Shown here: positions 1-9,600 of the stretch, piece after piece
Numbering within the stretch: the stretch's first letter is position 1
Layout: every line of letters starts with the position of its first letter
Assembly: GCA_038231435.1 (NCBI GenBank)
Contig: JBBRLJ010000013.1
Location: 1-64,000, forward strand
Reading direction: 5' to 3'
Length of the DNA: 64,000 nt
Source of the DNA: Planctomycetota bacterium
GTDB lineage: Bacteria; Planctomycetota; UBA11346
Made by a program: the position numbers and the translations under genes
Notes under the pieces: model-generated
Seen by the model: only the letters and a program-made list of their open reading frames with translations
Databases searched by the model: none
What the model was told of the DNA's origin: nothing

Positions 1-136
1 AACCCGTCGCCCCCCCCGGGACGTCTGGCCCTGTTCTCTCCCCAGGGCGGGGGGGGGGCGCCCTCGGCCATTTGCCCCGGCGCGGCGCCCGGGTCACCAG
101 CACGGCACACGCCGCCGGTGACCTCCGGTGTTAGGC
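1..136 (+). repeat. attC site, degenerate and truncated at window edge
   Basis: 3' end GCCGCCGGTGACCTCCGGTGTTAGGC matches the other copies exactly; the 5' part is collinear but heavily substituted with G/C runs. Confidence 0.75.
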
Positions 137-151
137 GTCAGGAATATAGTA

Positions 152-463
152 ATGTTTAGCTACTCTACTTCAGCTGCGATGCTTTTGATATTAATATTGG
201 TGTATGTGCTAGTTCTTGGTCCGGTTATCGCCTGTTCATTCGTTAGGCCGTACCCCATTATTCCATTTTTCTTGCCAATTTATATTTCAATTAGTTTTTG
301 TGGAATTGCGGTTTACCGAAGACTTAAACAAAAAGACCTATCTGCGGTCAGAATTTTGGTGCTTTTATCACTATCACTTACGGCCATCTCGGTCTATGTA
401 TGGCTGGCCCATCAACAGCAGCCAAACGGCAGGGTCAAAGTAAGTGCCCCTGTTTGGTGGTAA
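152..463 (+). CDS. Cassette-encoded small membrane protein (about 3 TM), unknown function
   Basis: ATG at 152 just after R' box; hydrophobic segments; stop about 20 nt before next attC. Confidence 0.75.
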   Translation: MFSYSTSAAMLLILILVYVLVLGPVIACSFVRPYPIIPFFLPIYISISFCGIAVYRRLKQKDLSAVRILVLLSLSLTAISVYVWLAHQQQPNGRVKVSAPVWW

Positions 464-482
464 TATGCTGAATCCCCTGAAC

Positions 483-620
483 GCCTAACTTGTCACTGCA
501 CCGGACGTCTTTGCCAGTGATCTTCACAAGGCCGTGCTCGGGCTGCCTTCGGCATTATGCCCTGCGCCGCGGCCTCGTGAAGATCACTGGCAAAGCCGCC
601 GGTGACCTCCGGTGTTAGGC
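483..620 (+). repeat. attC site (138 bp)
   Basis: R'' GCCTAAC 483-489; L'' CTGCACCGGAC and L' GCCGGTGAC with extrahelical bases; 18-bp perfect internal stem TTTGCCAGTGATCTTCAC/GTGAAGATCACTGGCAAA; R' GTTAGGC 614-620. Confidence 0.95.
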
Positions 621-630
621 GTCAGATATT

Positions 631-1005
631 ATGTCAAATTCAACTATAATATTGTATCGTCCGACAGGGCCAAAAGAGTTGGCTCTGGTTAAGGCCTCGG
701 GATTCAAAAGATGGCCACCGCGTCTTCCTGGACAGCCAATATTCTATCCTGTTACCAATGAAGACTATGCCCGCCAGATAGCTCGAGATTGGAACGTAAA
801 GGAATCTGGTTCAGGATACGTTACCAAGTTTTCAGTAACTACTGACTTTCTTAATCATTACCCAATTCAGAAGGTAGGGGGTCAAGCTCACACAGAATGG
901 TGGATTCCTGCCGATGACTTAGAAAAGTTGAATGACAACATTGTGGGACTCATTGAAGTGATAGCCGAATATCCATTGAAAGATCAAGATTTAAGCTCCC
1001 CGTGA
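631..1005 (+). CDS. Cassette protein of the family usually annotated 'ADP-ribosylation/crystallin J1'
   Basis: LYRPTGPKEL, WPPRLPGQPIFYPV, ARQIARDWN, GYVTKF, EWWIPA motifs typical of this small family. Confidence 0.8.
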   Translation: MSNSTIILYRPTGPKELALVKASGFKRWPPRLPGQPIFYPVTNEDYARQIARDWNVKESGSGYVTKFSVTTDFLNHYPIQKVGGQAHTEWWIPADDLEKLNDNIVGLIEVIAEYPLKDQDLSSP

Positions 1006-1006
1006 C

Positions 1007-1144
1007 GCCTAACTTGTCACTGCACCGGACGTCTTTGCCAGTAATCTTCACAAGGCCGTGCTCGGGCTTCCTTCGGCATTATGCCCTGCGCCGCGGCCTC
1101 GTGAAGATCACTGGCAAAGCCGCCGGTGACCTCCGGTGTTAGGC
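1007..1144 (+). repeat. attC site (138 bp)
   Basis: GCCTAAC 1007-1013 to GTTAGGC 1138-1144; two substitutions versus 483-620. Confidence 0.95.
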
Positions 1145-1151
1145 GGCAGAA

Positions 1152-1430
1152 ATGATGTCTTTACAAAAACATCGCAGACTCCATTCGCTTGTCGTAATTC
1201 TGATAGGCGGCGCCGCCACGGGGATGTCGCTCTATTTCACAGAAGATCGCGAAACACTATTGGTCATATTTACGGCGACGTTGATCTTGGCATCTCTTGG
1301 CTTTAATACTTTTAGCAAAATAAAATGTCCTCAGTGTGGTAACCGAATGTTTAGACTTGGCGGTAAAGGTGGTCCTGAATACAAATGTAATACATGTGGG
1401 TGGCCAAATGCGCCTAGCTCTGCCACCTAA
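1152..1430 (+). CDS. Cassette protein: 2 TM helices plus C-terminal zinc ribbon
   Basis: Two hydrophobic helices then CPQC...CNTC; stop TAA lies inside R'' (ACCTAAC), typical of cassettes. Confidence 0.8.
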   Translation: MMSLQKHRRLHSLVVILIGGAATGMSLYFTEDRETLLVIFTATLILASLGFNTFSKIKCPQCGNRMFRLGGKGGPEYKCNTCGWPNAPSSAT

Positions 1431-1562
1431 CTTGTCACTGCACCGGACGGCTTTGCCAGTGATCTTCACAAGGCCGTGCTCGGGCTGCCTTCGGCATTAT
1501 GCGCTGCGCCGCGGCCTCGTGAAGATCACTGGCAAAGCCGCCGGTGACCTCCGGTGTTAGGC
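1425..1562 (+). repeat. attC site (138 bp), last of the array
   Basis: ACCTAAC 1425-1431 to GTTAGGC 1556-1562; three substitutions versus 483-620. Confidence 0.95.
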
Positions 1563-1564
1563 GT

Positions 1565-1726
1565 CCTGGATTCAAGATGTAAGTGCAACGCTTAGGCCCA
1601 TCCGAAGGCACCGCACCGGCGATCAAATCTCCTAGGCTCTGCAGCAGGGGGTTTTCATGGGTTATACACAGCTCAGTATCGAGGAACGAGCGACCATCTC
1701 CGTTCTGAGAATCGAGGGGCTCAGTC
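1565..1726 (+). mobile_element. IS30-family remnant: left end plus first about 23 codons of transposase
   Basis: IR-like GATTCAAGATGTAAGTGCAAC; ORF at 1657 begins MGYTQLSIEERATISVLRIEGLS (IS30 N-terminal HTH pattern) and the similarity stops at 1726. Confidence 0.7.
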
Positions 1727-2116
1727 ATGGACACTCCACGCACGCAGAACGTCGTCCCGGCGCTTCGCATCACCCAGTTTCCGCGGAGCAGGGCGTTCTA
1801 CGTCGCTGGCCTCGGGTTCGAGGTCGCCTGGGAGCATCGGTTCGGTCCGGAGTATCCTGTATTCATGTCGATCACGCGTGACGGATTGGAGCTGTACCTG
1901 ACCGAACATGCGGGTGATTGCGAGGTGGGCGGACTGGTCCATCTCTATGTCGCAGATGTCGATGCCTGGTACGAGGACCTGCGGACACGAGGTATCGCCG
2001 CGGTGGCGGCTCCCAGTGAGACCCTGCCGGGATTGCGCGACATGACCGTCGTCGACCCGGATGGCAACAAGATCCGCATCTGCACGAGATTGCCTGGGAA
2101 CACGCGGTCTACATAG
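1727..2116 (+). CDS. VOC/glyoxalase-bleomycin resistance family protein
   Basis: VVPALRI..SRAFYV.GLGFEV.WEHRF; LYLTEH.GD; VADVDAWY; DPDGNKIR. Confidence 0.9.
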   Translation: MDTPRTQNVVPALRITQFPRSRAFYVAGLGFEVAWEHRFGPEYPVFMSITRDGLELYLTEHAGDCEVGGLVHLYVADVDAWYEDLRTRGIAAVAAPSETLPGLRDMTVVDPDGNKIRICTRLPGNTRST

Positions 2117-2164
2117 CCTCCACTGCATGGGCAGACGGGTAGCGGCCTGTCGGCGCTCGCGTCC

Positions 2165-2563
2165 ATGTCGCCTGTTTCCTGCGCTTCCATCACGCTGACC
2201 TGGCCACTGTTTGGATATTTCCTTCGACAAGGTGCGGGAGCCGTGCTCAGGAAGCTGGTGACGATCTGTGCTGGTCCGGCCGACTACACCTGCGTGCGGT
2301 CGGTGGAGGGGACCGACGTGCTGGTCCTGGAATTGGAGATGTTCGGGTTCGCTTTTGCGAGCCGATTCATCCTGCTGAGATCGACCTCGCTGACCATCAT
2401 CGACAAGCTGCGCGATCGCGACCCCGCGGTGATGGCGGCGATCGCCGGTGGCGGATCACGCCTCGGTCGCGTCATCAAGGATAGCGAATTGGTGTTCAAC
2501 GATCAGGACCAATGCCTCTATCTGAAACTCGTCGAGGATCCGGAGGAGCCCTCACGCCTTTGA
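2165..2563 (+). CDS. Hypothetical protein
   Basis: ORF fills the gap in a co-oriented run; start uncertain. Confidence 0.5.
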   Translation: MSPVSCASITLTWPLFGYFLRQGAGAVLRKLVTICAGPADYTCVRSVEGTDVLVLELEMFGFAFASRFILLRSTSLTIIDKLRDRDPAVMAAIAGGGSRLGRVIKDSELVFNDQDQCLYLKLVEDPEEPSRL

Positions 2564-2659
2564 TCTTTTCTGAAACCCCACCGCGGTCATGATCTGCCCC
2601 GGTGCAGCTTCCATCCACGTTCCTGATGCCTACGTCCGCTCGCTAGGCCGCTGCACACC

Positions 2660-3142
2660 ATGTTCATCCCGGTTCCATTGCCTTTCCTCGTCGAGCGTGC
2701 GATCGCAGTGTCGGTCCCTCAGAAGGGCCGGTTCTTCGTTCTGGGGCATGACGCCCTGGTCACCGTCACCATCAACACTGGCATCAACACTGGGAGTGGC
2801 GTCGAGATCGGCGTCGTACGCGACGAATCCAAGGCCGATGACGAATCGATCCTCGATACCACGACCCGCACGATGACCATCGGCAGCCAGCGCCATCGGG
2901 CCTTGTGCCTGCACGGCGCCTCGTCGATCCTCGAGGCTGGTGGCATGCGCCTGCAGTTCAAGCACGCGTCGGAAACCAACCGGCAGTCGGTCATGCTCAC
3001 GGACGTGTCCGGAAAATACCTCCAGGAATTCACCGTCATCGATTCATCGGGCGACTGGGGGCATGTGTCGTTCGACGACGTGGGCTCCCTCATCATCTGC
3101 GCCTTCCCGAACGACCTGTACCTCTACCGCCGCAAAGCCTAG
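2660..3142 (+). CDS. Hypothetical beta-rich protein
   Basis: GC3-rich codon usage; protein-like composition. Confidence 0.65.
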   Translation: MFIPVPLPFLVERAIAVSVPQKGRFFVLGHDALVTVTINTGINTGSGVEIGVVRDESKADDESILDTTTRTMTIGSQRHRALCLHGASSILEAGGMRLQFKHASETNRQSVMLTDVSGKYLQEFTVIDSSGDWGHVSFDDVGSLIICAFPNDLYLYRRKA

Positions 3143-3172
3143 TCGCGCGTGCTGCGCAGGCGCGCCAATGTG

Positions 3173-3466
3173 ATGATCCGTCTCTGCGGAGCGCTGTTCG
3201 TGGTGGTGTCGTTCGCGCAGGCCTCGCTGTTCCATCTGACCTGGCTCGATTACGGGACGGGCTGTCAGCGCACCAGTCCGTGGAGCGACGGCAGATGGTG
3301 CGGCGTCGGCACCGGCGAACAGGCCGTGATGTTGCTCGTCGCGGGCGTGCTCGCGCTGGGCTCGGCCTTTCTCGGCGCGTGGTTGATCGCCCACGCGCCA
3401 CGGGCGAGCATGTGGATCCGGTCCCGGTATCACCAGGCCGCCATGCCGTGGCGCCATGACGCCTGA
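3173..3466 (+). CDS. Small membrane protein with Cys pair in loop
   Basis: Two TM segments flanking C..W....WC loop. Confidence 0.6.
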   Translation: MIRLCGALFVVVSFAQASLFHLTWLDYGTGCQRTSPWSDGRWCGVGTGEQAVMLLVAGVLALGSAFLGAWLIAHAPRASMWIRSRYHQAAMPWRHDA

Positions 3467-3475
3467 GGGGATACC

Positions 3476-4252
3476 GTGCCGATCATGACCCGAGCACGAT
3501 CCCGCGCGGCAAGCAAGCGCGCGCCACGCATCGAGATCGATCCGGTGGCCCTGCGACTGCTGGGCTCGGTCGACGTGCTGCGGATCGTGCTCGGCTGGAT
3601 CTGGTCGATCCATGGCATCTGGGTCACGGCGATCTGCGTCGTCGGGGTGTGGGCGGGAATCAGAGAGATCGAATTGGGCCTGAACAATACGCCGATCTCC
3701 GCGACAGCCGACACCCTACCGGGCATCCACGATGGGAGGGTCGTCACCGTCACCGGCGAGGCCGAGGCGAGCGAGCGGCTGGAGTTCGAATCGAGCGTCC
3801 TGAAGAAGCAGTTCACCATCACCATGCTCGCCGGCACCCATGGATCGGTGATGGCGTACGAACGCGGCCTGAAGTCCAATCAGGAGAAGTCCGCCATCGG
3901 TCCCAGGGACTACACCGGTCGACTCTACGTGATCGGCCGGTCAGACGACAAGATCGACAACAACCACGTGTCGCTGCTGTCCAAGCTCGACGCTGCCCGG
4001 ATCCAGCACGCCGATCCGGTCTACGTCATCGCCGACGGCGTCATTCCCATCTTCGCATGGTGGTATGCCGTGGTCACGGGGGCTTTCCTGGCTGGATCGA
4101 TCTGGATCATCCGACGCGTCATCCTAGCGGCCCGCTGCATCTCAGATCGCGATCTGCTCTACGCGTTCCTTACCGAACGGGTCGGCGCAGATCCCGCGAA
4201 GCGCGATAGCCGGGATCGCGACGACAACGACAGCGACAACGATCACCGGTGA
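3476..4252 (+). CDS. Hypothetical membrane protein (TM-periplasmic domain-TM)
   Basis: Long ORF with GC3 bias; hydrophobic segments at both ends. Confidence 0.7.
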   Translation: MPIMTRARSRAASKRAPRIEIDPVALRLLGSVDVLRIVLGWIWSIHGIWVTAICVVGVWAGIREIELGLNNTPISATADTLPGIHDGRVVTVTGEAEASERLEFESSVLKKQFTITMLAGTHGSVMAYERGLKSNQEKSAIGPRDYTGRLYVIGRSDDKIDNNHVSLLSKLDAARIQHADPVYVIADGVIPIFAWWYAVVTGAFLAGSIWIIRRVILAARCISDRDLLYAFLTERVGADPAKRDSRDRDDNDSDNDHR

Positions 4253-4313
4253 TGAATTCTCCACTCGGCTCTGGATTCGGTACGGGCCGCCTCCCACGTG
4301 AAGCAGGGCAGCC

Positions 4314-4634
4314 ATGAACCGGACATTCTTCCTGCTGATGTGGCCCATTTCGGTGTTCACGTGCCTGGCGTTGTGGTGGGTGCCGGGCAGGGGGCCGATG
4401 TTCGATACGCGCGGTGATCTCTATCGCGGGTGGCCGCTGCCGTACGGGGTCGACCAGGGCGCCGTTTCCGGTGACGGCTATGCGTTCTTCGTCACGCGTT
4501 TCCAGCCGGTGCCGTTCGTCATCGACGGGTTGGCGGCGATCCTCATCACCATCCTGGTGTTCGCCGTGTGTTCGGCCGTGCTGCGTGCCGTCCGCTCGCG
4601 GTCGCTCGATCGCGGCGCGCGGGATCCCTCATGA
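4314..4634 (+). CDS. Small membrane protein
   Basis: Two TM segments; YRGWPLPYG motif. Confidence 0.65.
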   Translation: MNRTFFLLMWPISVFTCLALWWVPGRGPMFDTRGDLYRGWPLPYGVDQGAVSGDGYAFFVTRFQPVPFVIDGLAAILITILVFAVCSAVLRAVRSRSLDRGARDPS

Positions 4635-4733
4635 TGGCGTCCATCTGGACGCGCTCGGCCGCCAGATCGGACAGAGACCCGAGCCGCGGAGCGGACGCAT
4701 GCCGATACCGCTGAGCCTGATACGGCATACCGC

Positions 4734-5189
4734 ATGATCGCCTCACACCACGGAAGCACTCTCGCGGCAATATACCCGATCCTGGTCGAACTGGTTGCCA
4801 TCCTCCATCAAGGGGTCGAGGAACTCGCCCCCGTCAATGGACAGACGACCTGGATGGTGCCGTTCTACGCCTTCATCTCGTTCGGTATGTTCGGCATCGG
4901 TGCCGCCGTCTATTCATCGCGCGAACACTCCTTCATCCGTCTGTATCTCTTGATCGCCGGCACCGCTTGCGTGCTGATGCAATACATCTTCCTGGCGATC
5001 GAGTTGCGGAAGTATCCCGAGAGCTTCGCTTGGTACGATGCCGTGTTCGTTCTCTGGCACCTGCTCCTCCTGCCAGGCAGCTGGAGCAGCCCTGGCAACC
5101 TGGCATTCCTCGTAGTGCCAGCGCTGGGCATCATAGCGACGACCTTGGCGTTGCCGGTATTGTGGCGGCGCTACCGTCAGGACCGATAG
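4734..5189 (+). CDS. Hypothetical membrane protein (about 4 TM)
   Basis: Multiple hydrophobic helices; start uncertain. Confidence 0.6.
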   Translation: MIASHHGSTLAAIYPILVELVAILHQGVEELAPVNGQTTWMVPFYAFISFGMFGIGAAVYSSREHSFIRLYLLIAGTACVLMQYIFLAIELRKYPESFAWYDAVFVLWHLLLLPGSWSSPGNLAFLVVPALGIIATTLALPVLWRRYRQDR

Positions 5190-5222
5190 GGGCGAGATCG
5201 TCCCCAAGCCAAGGAACCCACC

Positions 5223-5549
5223 ATGCTCGTCCACTCCGTCTTCTTCTGGCTCGATCCCGCCCTGCCTGCTCCGGTGACAGCGGACTTCCGGCGTTGGCTG
5301 CTGAAGCTCACGACCCTGCCGTCGGTGGCGTCGGGTCATGTCGGGGTGCCGAGCTCGACCGACCGGCCGGTGATCGATCGCTCGTACACCTTCGCCTTGA
5401 CCGTGCTGTTCGCATCGATGGCCGATCACGACCGCTACCAGGTCGATCCCGACCACCGCGTGTTCGTGGACACGCACAAAGGGCATTGGACGAAGATCGT
5501 GATCTACGACGCCGAGTCGCTCGCGGATCCGGCGCGGCCTGCCGGCTGA
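5223..5549 (+). CDS. Dabb (stress-responsive A/B barrel) family protein
   Basis: HSVFFWL...R.VID.SY.FAL...F...HDRYQVDPDH..FV; AGGA RBS. Confidence 0.9.
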   Translation: MLVHSVFFWLDPALPAPVTADFRRWLLKLTTLPSVASGHVGVPSSTDRPVIDRSYTFALTVLFASMADHDRYQVDPDHRVFVDTHKGHWTKIVIYDAESLADPARPAG

Positions 5550-5735
5550 TGCCGGCACGTCGCAAGCGCGCCGTCTCGGCCTCCGCGGGGAGCGCCGCCG
5601 ATGGCGCATCCGTCCACGTCGCCCGCGGCCCGGCCGGATGCCGTCCACCGAGCGATCGGGATCCTTCCTGCTCCATATGAATCGATCCCGCGGCTTCCAC
5701 CAGGACCGTCGGCTGGTTATGCTGGCGCTCCGTCC

Positions 5736-6179
5736 ATGCCCTATCCGTACCTCATTGCCGCCGCCGTCGAGCCCGATCTGCGCGCCATCGGCGACGACTG
5801 CGAATTCCTGTCCCTGCAGCCGATGCCTGTTGGAACGTCTGCTGGAGCGGACGCGGGGGATGGATCCGACGGCGATGAGATCGCGCTCATGACCGCCCGC
5901 GCGTTCGCGTTCCCCTTGGTCGCGATCGCCGAATCCTCGCTCGACGCTGTAGAGATCGCTCGTCGCTACGTGCTCGACGCCGGCTTCGCGCCGCTGTCGA
6001 TCGCGGCGATCGCCGCGCGTTACGACCTGCGCGATCCACGCCACCCCGACGGCGGCCCGTGCGCCTTGGGCTCGGTGGAGAAGCTCGATCGCCTGGTGGT
6101 GCTGCAGGACAGCAGCGAGGGCAGCTTCGCCGACGCTGGATTGACGATCCGGGATGCGTGCGCGCCCGACGAGGACTGA
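5736..6179 (+). CDS. Hypothetical acidic protein
   Basis: GC3-biased frame from ATG 5736. Confidence 0.55.
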   Translation: MPYPYLIAAAVEPDLRAIGDDCEFLSLQPMPVGTSAGADAGDGSDGDEIALMTARAFAFPLVAIAESSLDAVEIARRYVLDAGFAPLSIAAIAARYDLRDPRHPDGGPCALGSVEKLDRLVVLQDSSEGSFADAGLTIRDACAPDED

Positions 6180-6237
6180 CTCCTCCCGCCGGCTCACCCG
6201 TCCTGGCGGGCCATTGGAGGGGGCTGGACGAGGGTCG

Positions 6238-6558
6238 ATGAACCGGTGGCAGGGTGATCCGTTCACCTCCGCCGTGATGCTCATTCCCACCGTGCTTTCG
6301 CTCGTCAGCGCCACCATGGCGGCGGCAGCTGCCTCCGGCGCGGAAGCGCCGATCCAGGCGGGTACGCGACCGCATGGTGGCTCGCTGGGCGAGTCGCTGG
6401 CCGCATCCTGGCCGATGGCGCTGGTGGTGATCGGCTGCGTGATGCTGATCGCCGCCGGCGTGGCTGTCCAGCATCTCGCGCTTCGACCGAAGAGAGGGTC
6501 GAGGAACGGCACTGGAGCCACGGGTCAAACAGGAGAGGCGCGCGAGGCGGAAGGATAG
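6238..6558 (+). CDS. Small membrane protein
   Basis: Signal-like segment plus one TM followed by basic residues. Confidence 0.5.
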   Translation: MNRWQGDPFTSAVMLIPTVLSLVSATMAAAAASGAEAPIQAGTRPHGGSLGESLAASWPMALVVIGCVMLIAAGVAVQHLALRPKRGSRNGTGATGQTGEAREAEG

Positions 6559-6691
6559 GAGGGCGTCCGTCGTCCGGCGTCGACATCAGCCTGCCGTCGG
6601 CAGGACTGCATCCTGCCCGCACGCTGTCCGACGACGGACCTTCCCTGCGAACCAGCGCTCAGCTCAGGGCAGGCCCTCGGCTCCGCGACCC

Positions 6692-9600
6692 CTACTTCCC
6701 GTCGCTCTCGAAGGCACCGGCGTCGCGCGATTTCCCGGCGGTGTCGTGGCCGGCGAAATCGCGCAGGAAGGGGCCGTCGAGTTCCCAGTCGTAGAGCTCA
6801 TCGATCGAGGTCTTGGCGTCCGCCAAGGTACCGCGCGCGATGCGCAGGAAGTCGATGGCGCCGGCGAAGAAATGCCCGTCGGCGTTCTTGCCCACCAGCA
6901 GTTCGGCGGCGTTGGACAGGCTGGCGCCGTCGGGCAGGGCGAGCTTGCCGGTGGCCGAGGATTTCCCGTCCACGTAGATGGAGCCCGCGCCCGTGGCGCG
7001 ATCGATCTCGGCGATGACATGGTGCCACTTGCCGTCGTTGATGATCGCGCCGCTGGCGAGCTCTGCCAGCTGGCCTGCCGACTTCAGGCTGAAGGTGATG
7101 CCGCCGGCCTTGTTGATGGCCAATTGGTAGCCCGCTTCCGCCATCTTCGCCACCAGCACGCACGATCCCTGGCCGGCCTTGGTCTGGAAGTACGCCTCGA
7201 TCAGCAGGTTGCCGGTGTCGATGTCGGGATTGATCAGCTCCTTGCCGGTCGCGGTCACCTTCTTCTTGTCCTTGTCACCGCCCGACTCGTAGGTGACCGG
7301 ATGGTCGAGGACCTCGGTCGAGACGTGGGCGTACTGGTCGGTGCCGTTGAAGGTCAGGGCGCTGGCCGTCCAGTCCTCGAGTGCGCCGGCGACGAAGTCT
7401 TCGGCCTTGACGTGCTCGGCTTTGAGATCGTACCGGGGCATCGCGTGGTAGTTCTCGCGCGCGACGTAATAGGGCGCCATGTTCCAGTGGTTGTCGATCA
7501 GCACGCTGGGATCGGCGTTGTCGCGGCGGAACTGCCACTCGCCGACCACGCGCGACAGGCCCCAGGGCACGAACACCTTGACGCCGTGGTCGATCGCGGC
7601 CGAGCCGGCGACGGGATGGAAGTCGTGCTTGTCGACATCCTTCACCAGCGGCTTGCTGGAGGTCTCGCCGATGTCACCCGCTAGCGGATGGTGCTCGGCC
7701 ATCGCCGTCTTCATGGTCGCGAGATCGGCGTAGCCGTTGCCATTGGTCTCGAATACGCCGAGCTTCTCGGGGAGCTTGCCGCCGATGACGTTGCGCGAAT
7801 AGGCCATGCTCTGATGCGGGTACTGTCCCGGCACCTCGACATCCTTGTCCTCCTTCAGTTTGCCGTGCTGGAAGATCATGCCCGAGACATCGAGGAAGAG
7901 ATTGCCGAGGAACAGGTGCCGGCCGCCGCCCGGCGACCACTGCGTGCCGACGTAGAATTGCGAGACGGTGTTGTTGAACATGGTGTTCTCGACCGTCCAC
8001 ACCGCCTCGTAGAACGCGGCCTGGTTGCAGAGCCTGCTCTTGGCATCGCTCGAGCGCCCCCAGGCGACGTTGTTGAAGTCGTAGTTCTTGAAGCCGCCGT
8101 CGTGGTAGTATGCGAAGCCCAGGCGACCGCTGCCCGGCTTGTCCGGAGCATAGCCCCACCAGTGGCCGTTGGGGTTCCCTGAGATGTTGTCGTAGACGTA
8201 GAATGGCCCGCCCTGCCAAGTCTCGATGCCGCCCCAATCGTTGGCGGCGAGCAGCGTGTCCACCGCGCGGTTGCCGTGCACGAGCTGGCGCGACAAGGCC
8301 ACGTCCTTGGTGTCGCCGGTCGACTTGCCCCCGTAGAGGAACAGTCCCGAACCGGTGATGCGGTCGAGCATGTTGCCGGCGACCTCCATGGTCGCGGGGA
8401 ACAGCACCTGCACGGCGTGGCTGTGATCCTGGCGGTAGCTGCGCAGGCCGATCACGTGCAGGCGGTTGCGCAGCACCTTCACGTCGCCCTTCGAGCAGCT
8501 CTTGATCAGCAGCGCGCCGTGGTCGAGCTCGCTGATGTCGTTGTCACTGATGACGATGCGGTCGAGGCCGTCCTTCTCGCTCTCGATCCTCACCGCGCGC
8601 GCGGCGTGATCGAACAAGCAGTTGGCGATGCGCAGATCGTCAGCGGGGCCGAGCACACGCACGCAGGCGTTGTCGACGTCCTTGTGGCCCCAGCCTGCCA
8701 GGGTGAGGTCCCACCAGGTGTTGGTGAAGCGGAACGACAGCCCGGTGATGGCGACGTGGCTCAGGCCCTCGCTCTCGATGATGCCGGTGCGGCGACCGAC
8801 CTCGACGGTCGCCTGATTGGGATCGCGGTCGCCGGGCAGGCGCAGGTAGAGGCGTCCGCCTTCGCCTTTCCTATCGAACCAGAACTCTCCGGCCGCATCG
8901 AGGTACTGCGGCTTGTCCTCGAGGTAGTAGTGGCAGTTGGTGGTCAGCTGCTCGCTGTCGCCATACCAGATACCCTGGAAGATGAGACCCTTGCGGTTGG
9001 CGTCATAGCCCTCGACGCGGGTCGGGAAGGGTGTGCCCATGACGATGGCGTACTCGGTGCGCACGGTGGCGCCCACGTAGTAGCTCGCCGGCTTGTCGAG
9101 GTGCTTCGCGTCGACGCCGAGATGCGCGCGGTGGCCCTCGAAATCGATGTGGTTCTTGTTGGTCCACCATTCGGGCTGCTCCCACTGCCACCATTCGCTC
9201 ATGATGTCCTCGGGATCGCTGACCTTCCAATTGGGCGTGCGCGCCAGCTCGACGCGCTCGATGACACGATCCTTCGCGGTCTTGCCGCTGACCGACCACA
9301 CGCAGCGCGGCGCGAATGCGACATCGGCGTACCACACCGAGCCCGCGTCGGGGATGTCGGGATTGTCGGCGCCCTTCTTCCAACCGGTCACCGCCTCGGA
9401 GCCGGCGATCACCGCTTCCCCTTCGCCCCATTTCGGATCGCTGGTGAGGCGGATGGGATCGCCCTCGGCGCCCGACTCGCTGGCGTGCAGCTCGCCGCGA
9501 TAGGTCACGCCGCGCTTGAACACGTAGGTGACGCCGCCCTTCGAGGCCTTGGCCTGCCCGCCGGCGGCGGCGTCCCACGGATGGTGCTTCCACGGCGCCT

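Larger units (their letters stand above)
1..1562 (+). mobile_element. Integron gene-cassette array (distal part; no intI in window, CALIN-like); three complete cassettes of about 484, 524 and 418 bp
   Basis: Single AT-rich ORFs alternate with 138-bp imperfect palindromes bounded by RYYTAAC...GTTAGGC; all co-oriented, very short leaders. Confidence 0.93.

Noticed and set aside
1..110. A distinct, diverged attC subtype
   Set aside because: Divergence rises toward the window edge with G/C homopolymer runs and breaks the stem; more likely low-quality contig-end sequence, so it needs read inspection
483..1562. Regularly spaced repeats as a CRISPR array
   Set aside because: Repeats are 138 bp with gene-sized ORF-containing spacers and attC boxes; no cas genes
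1336..1773. ORFs 1336-1560 (+) and 1435-1773 (-)
   Set aside because: Read through the attC palindrome and IS remnant; not protein-like
1657..1881. Intact 74-aa gene
   Set aside because: Only the first about 23 codons are IS30-like; the rest is an off-frame read of the VOC gene
4914..6521. 535-aa minus-strand ORF
   Set aside because: Overlaps four better-supported plus-strand genes; Arg/Pro-rich non-coding character
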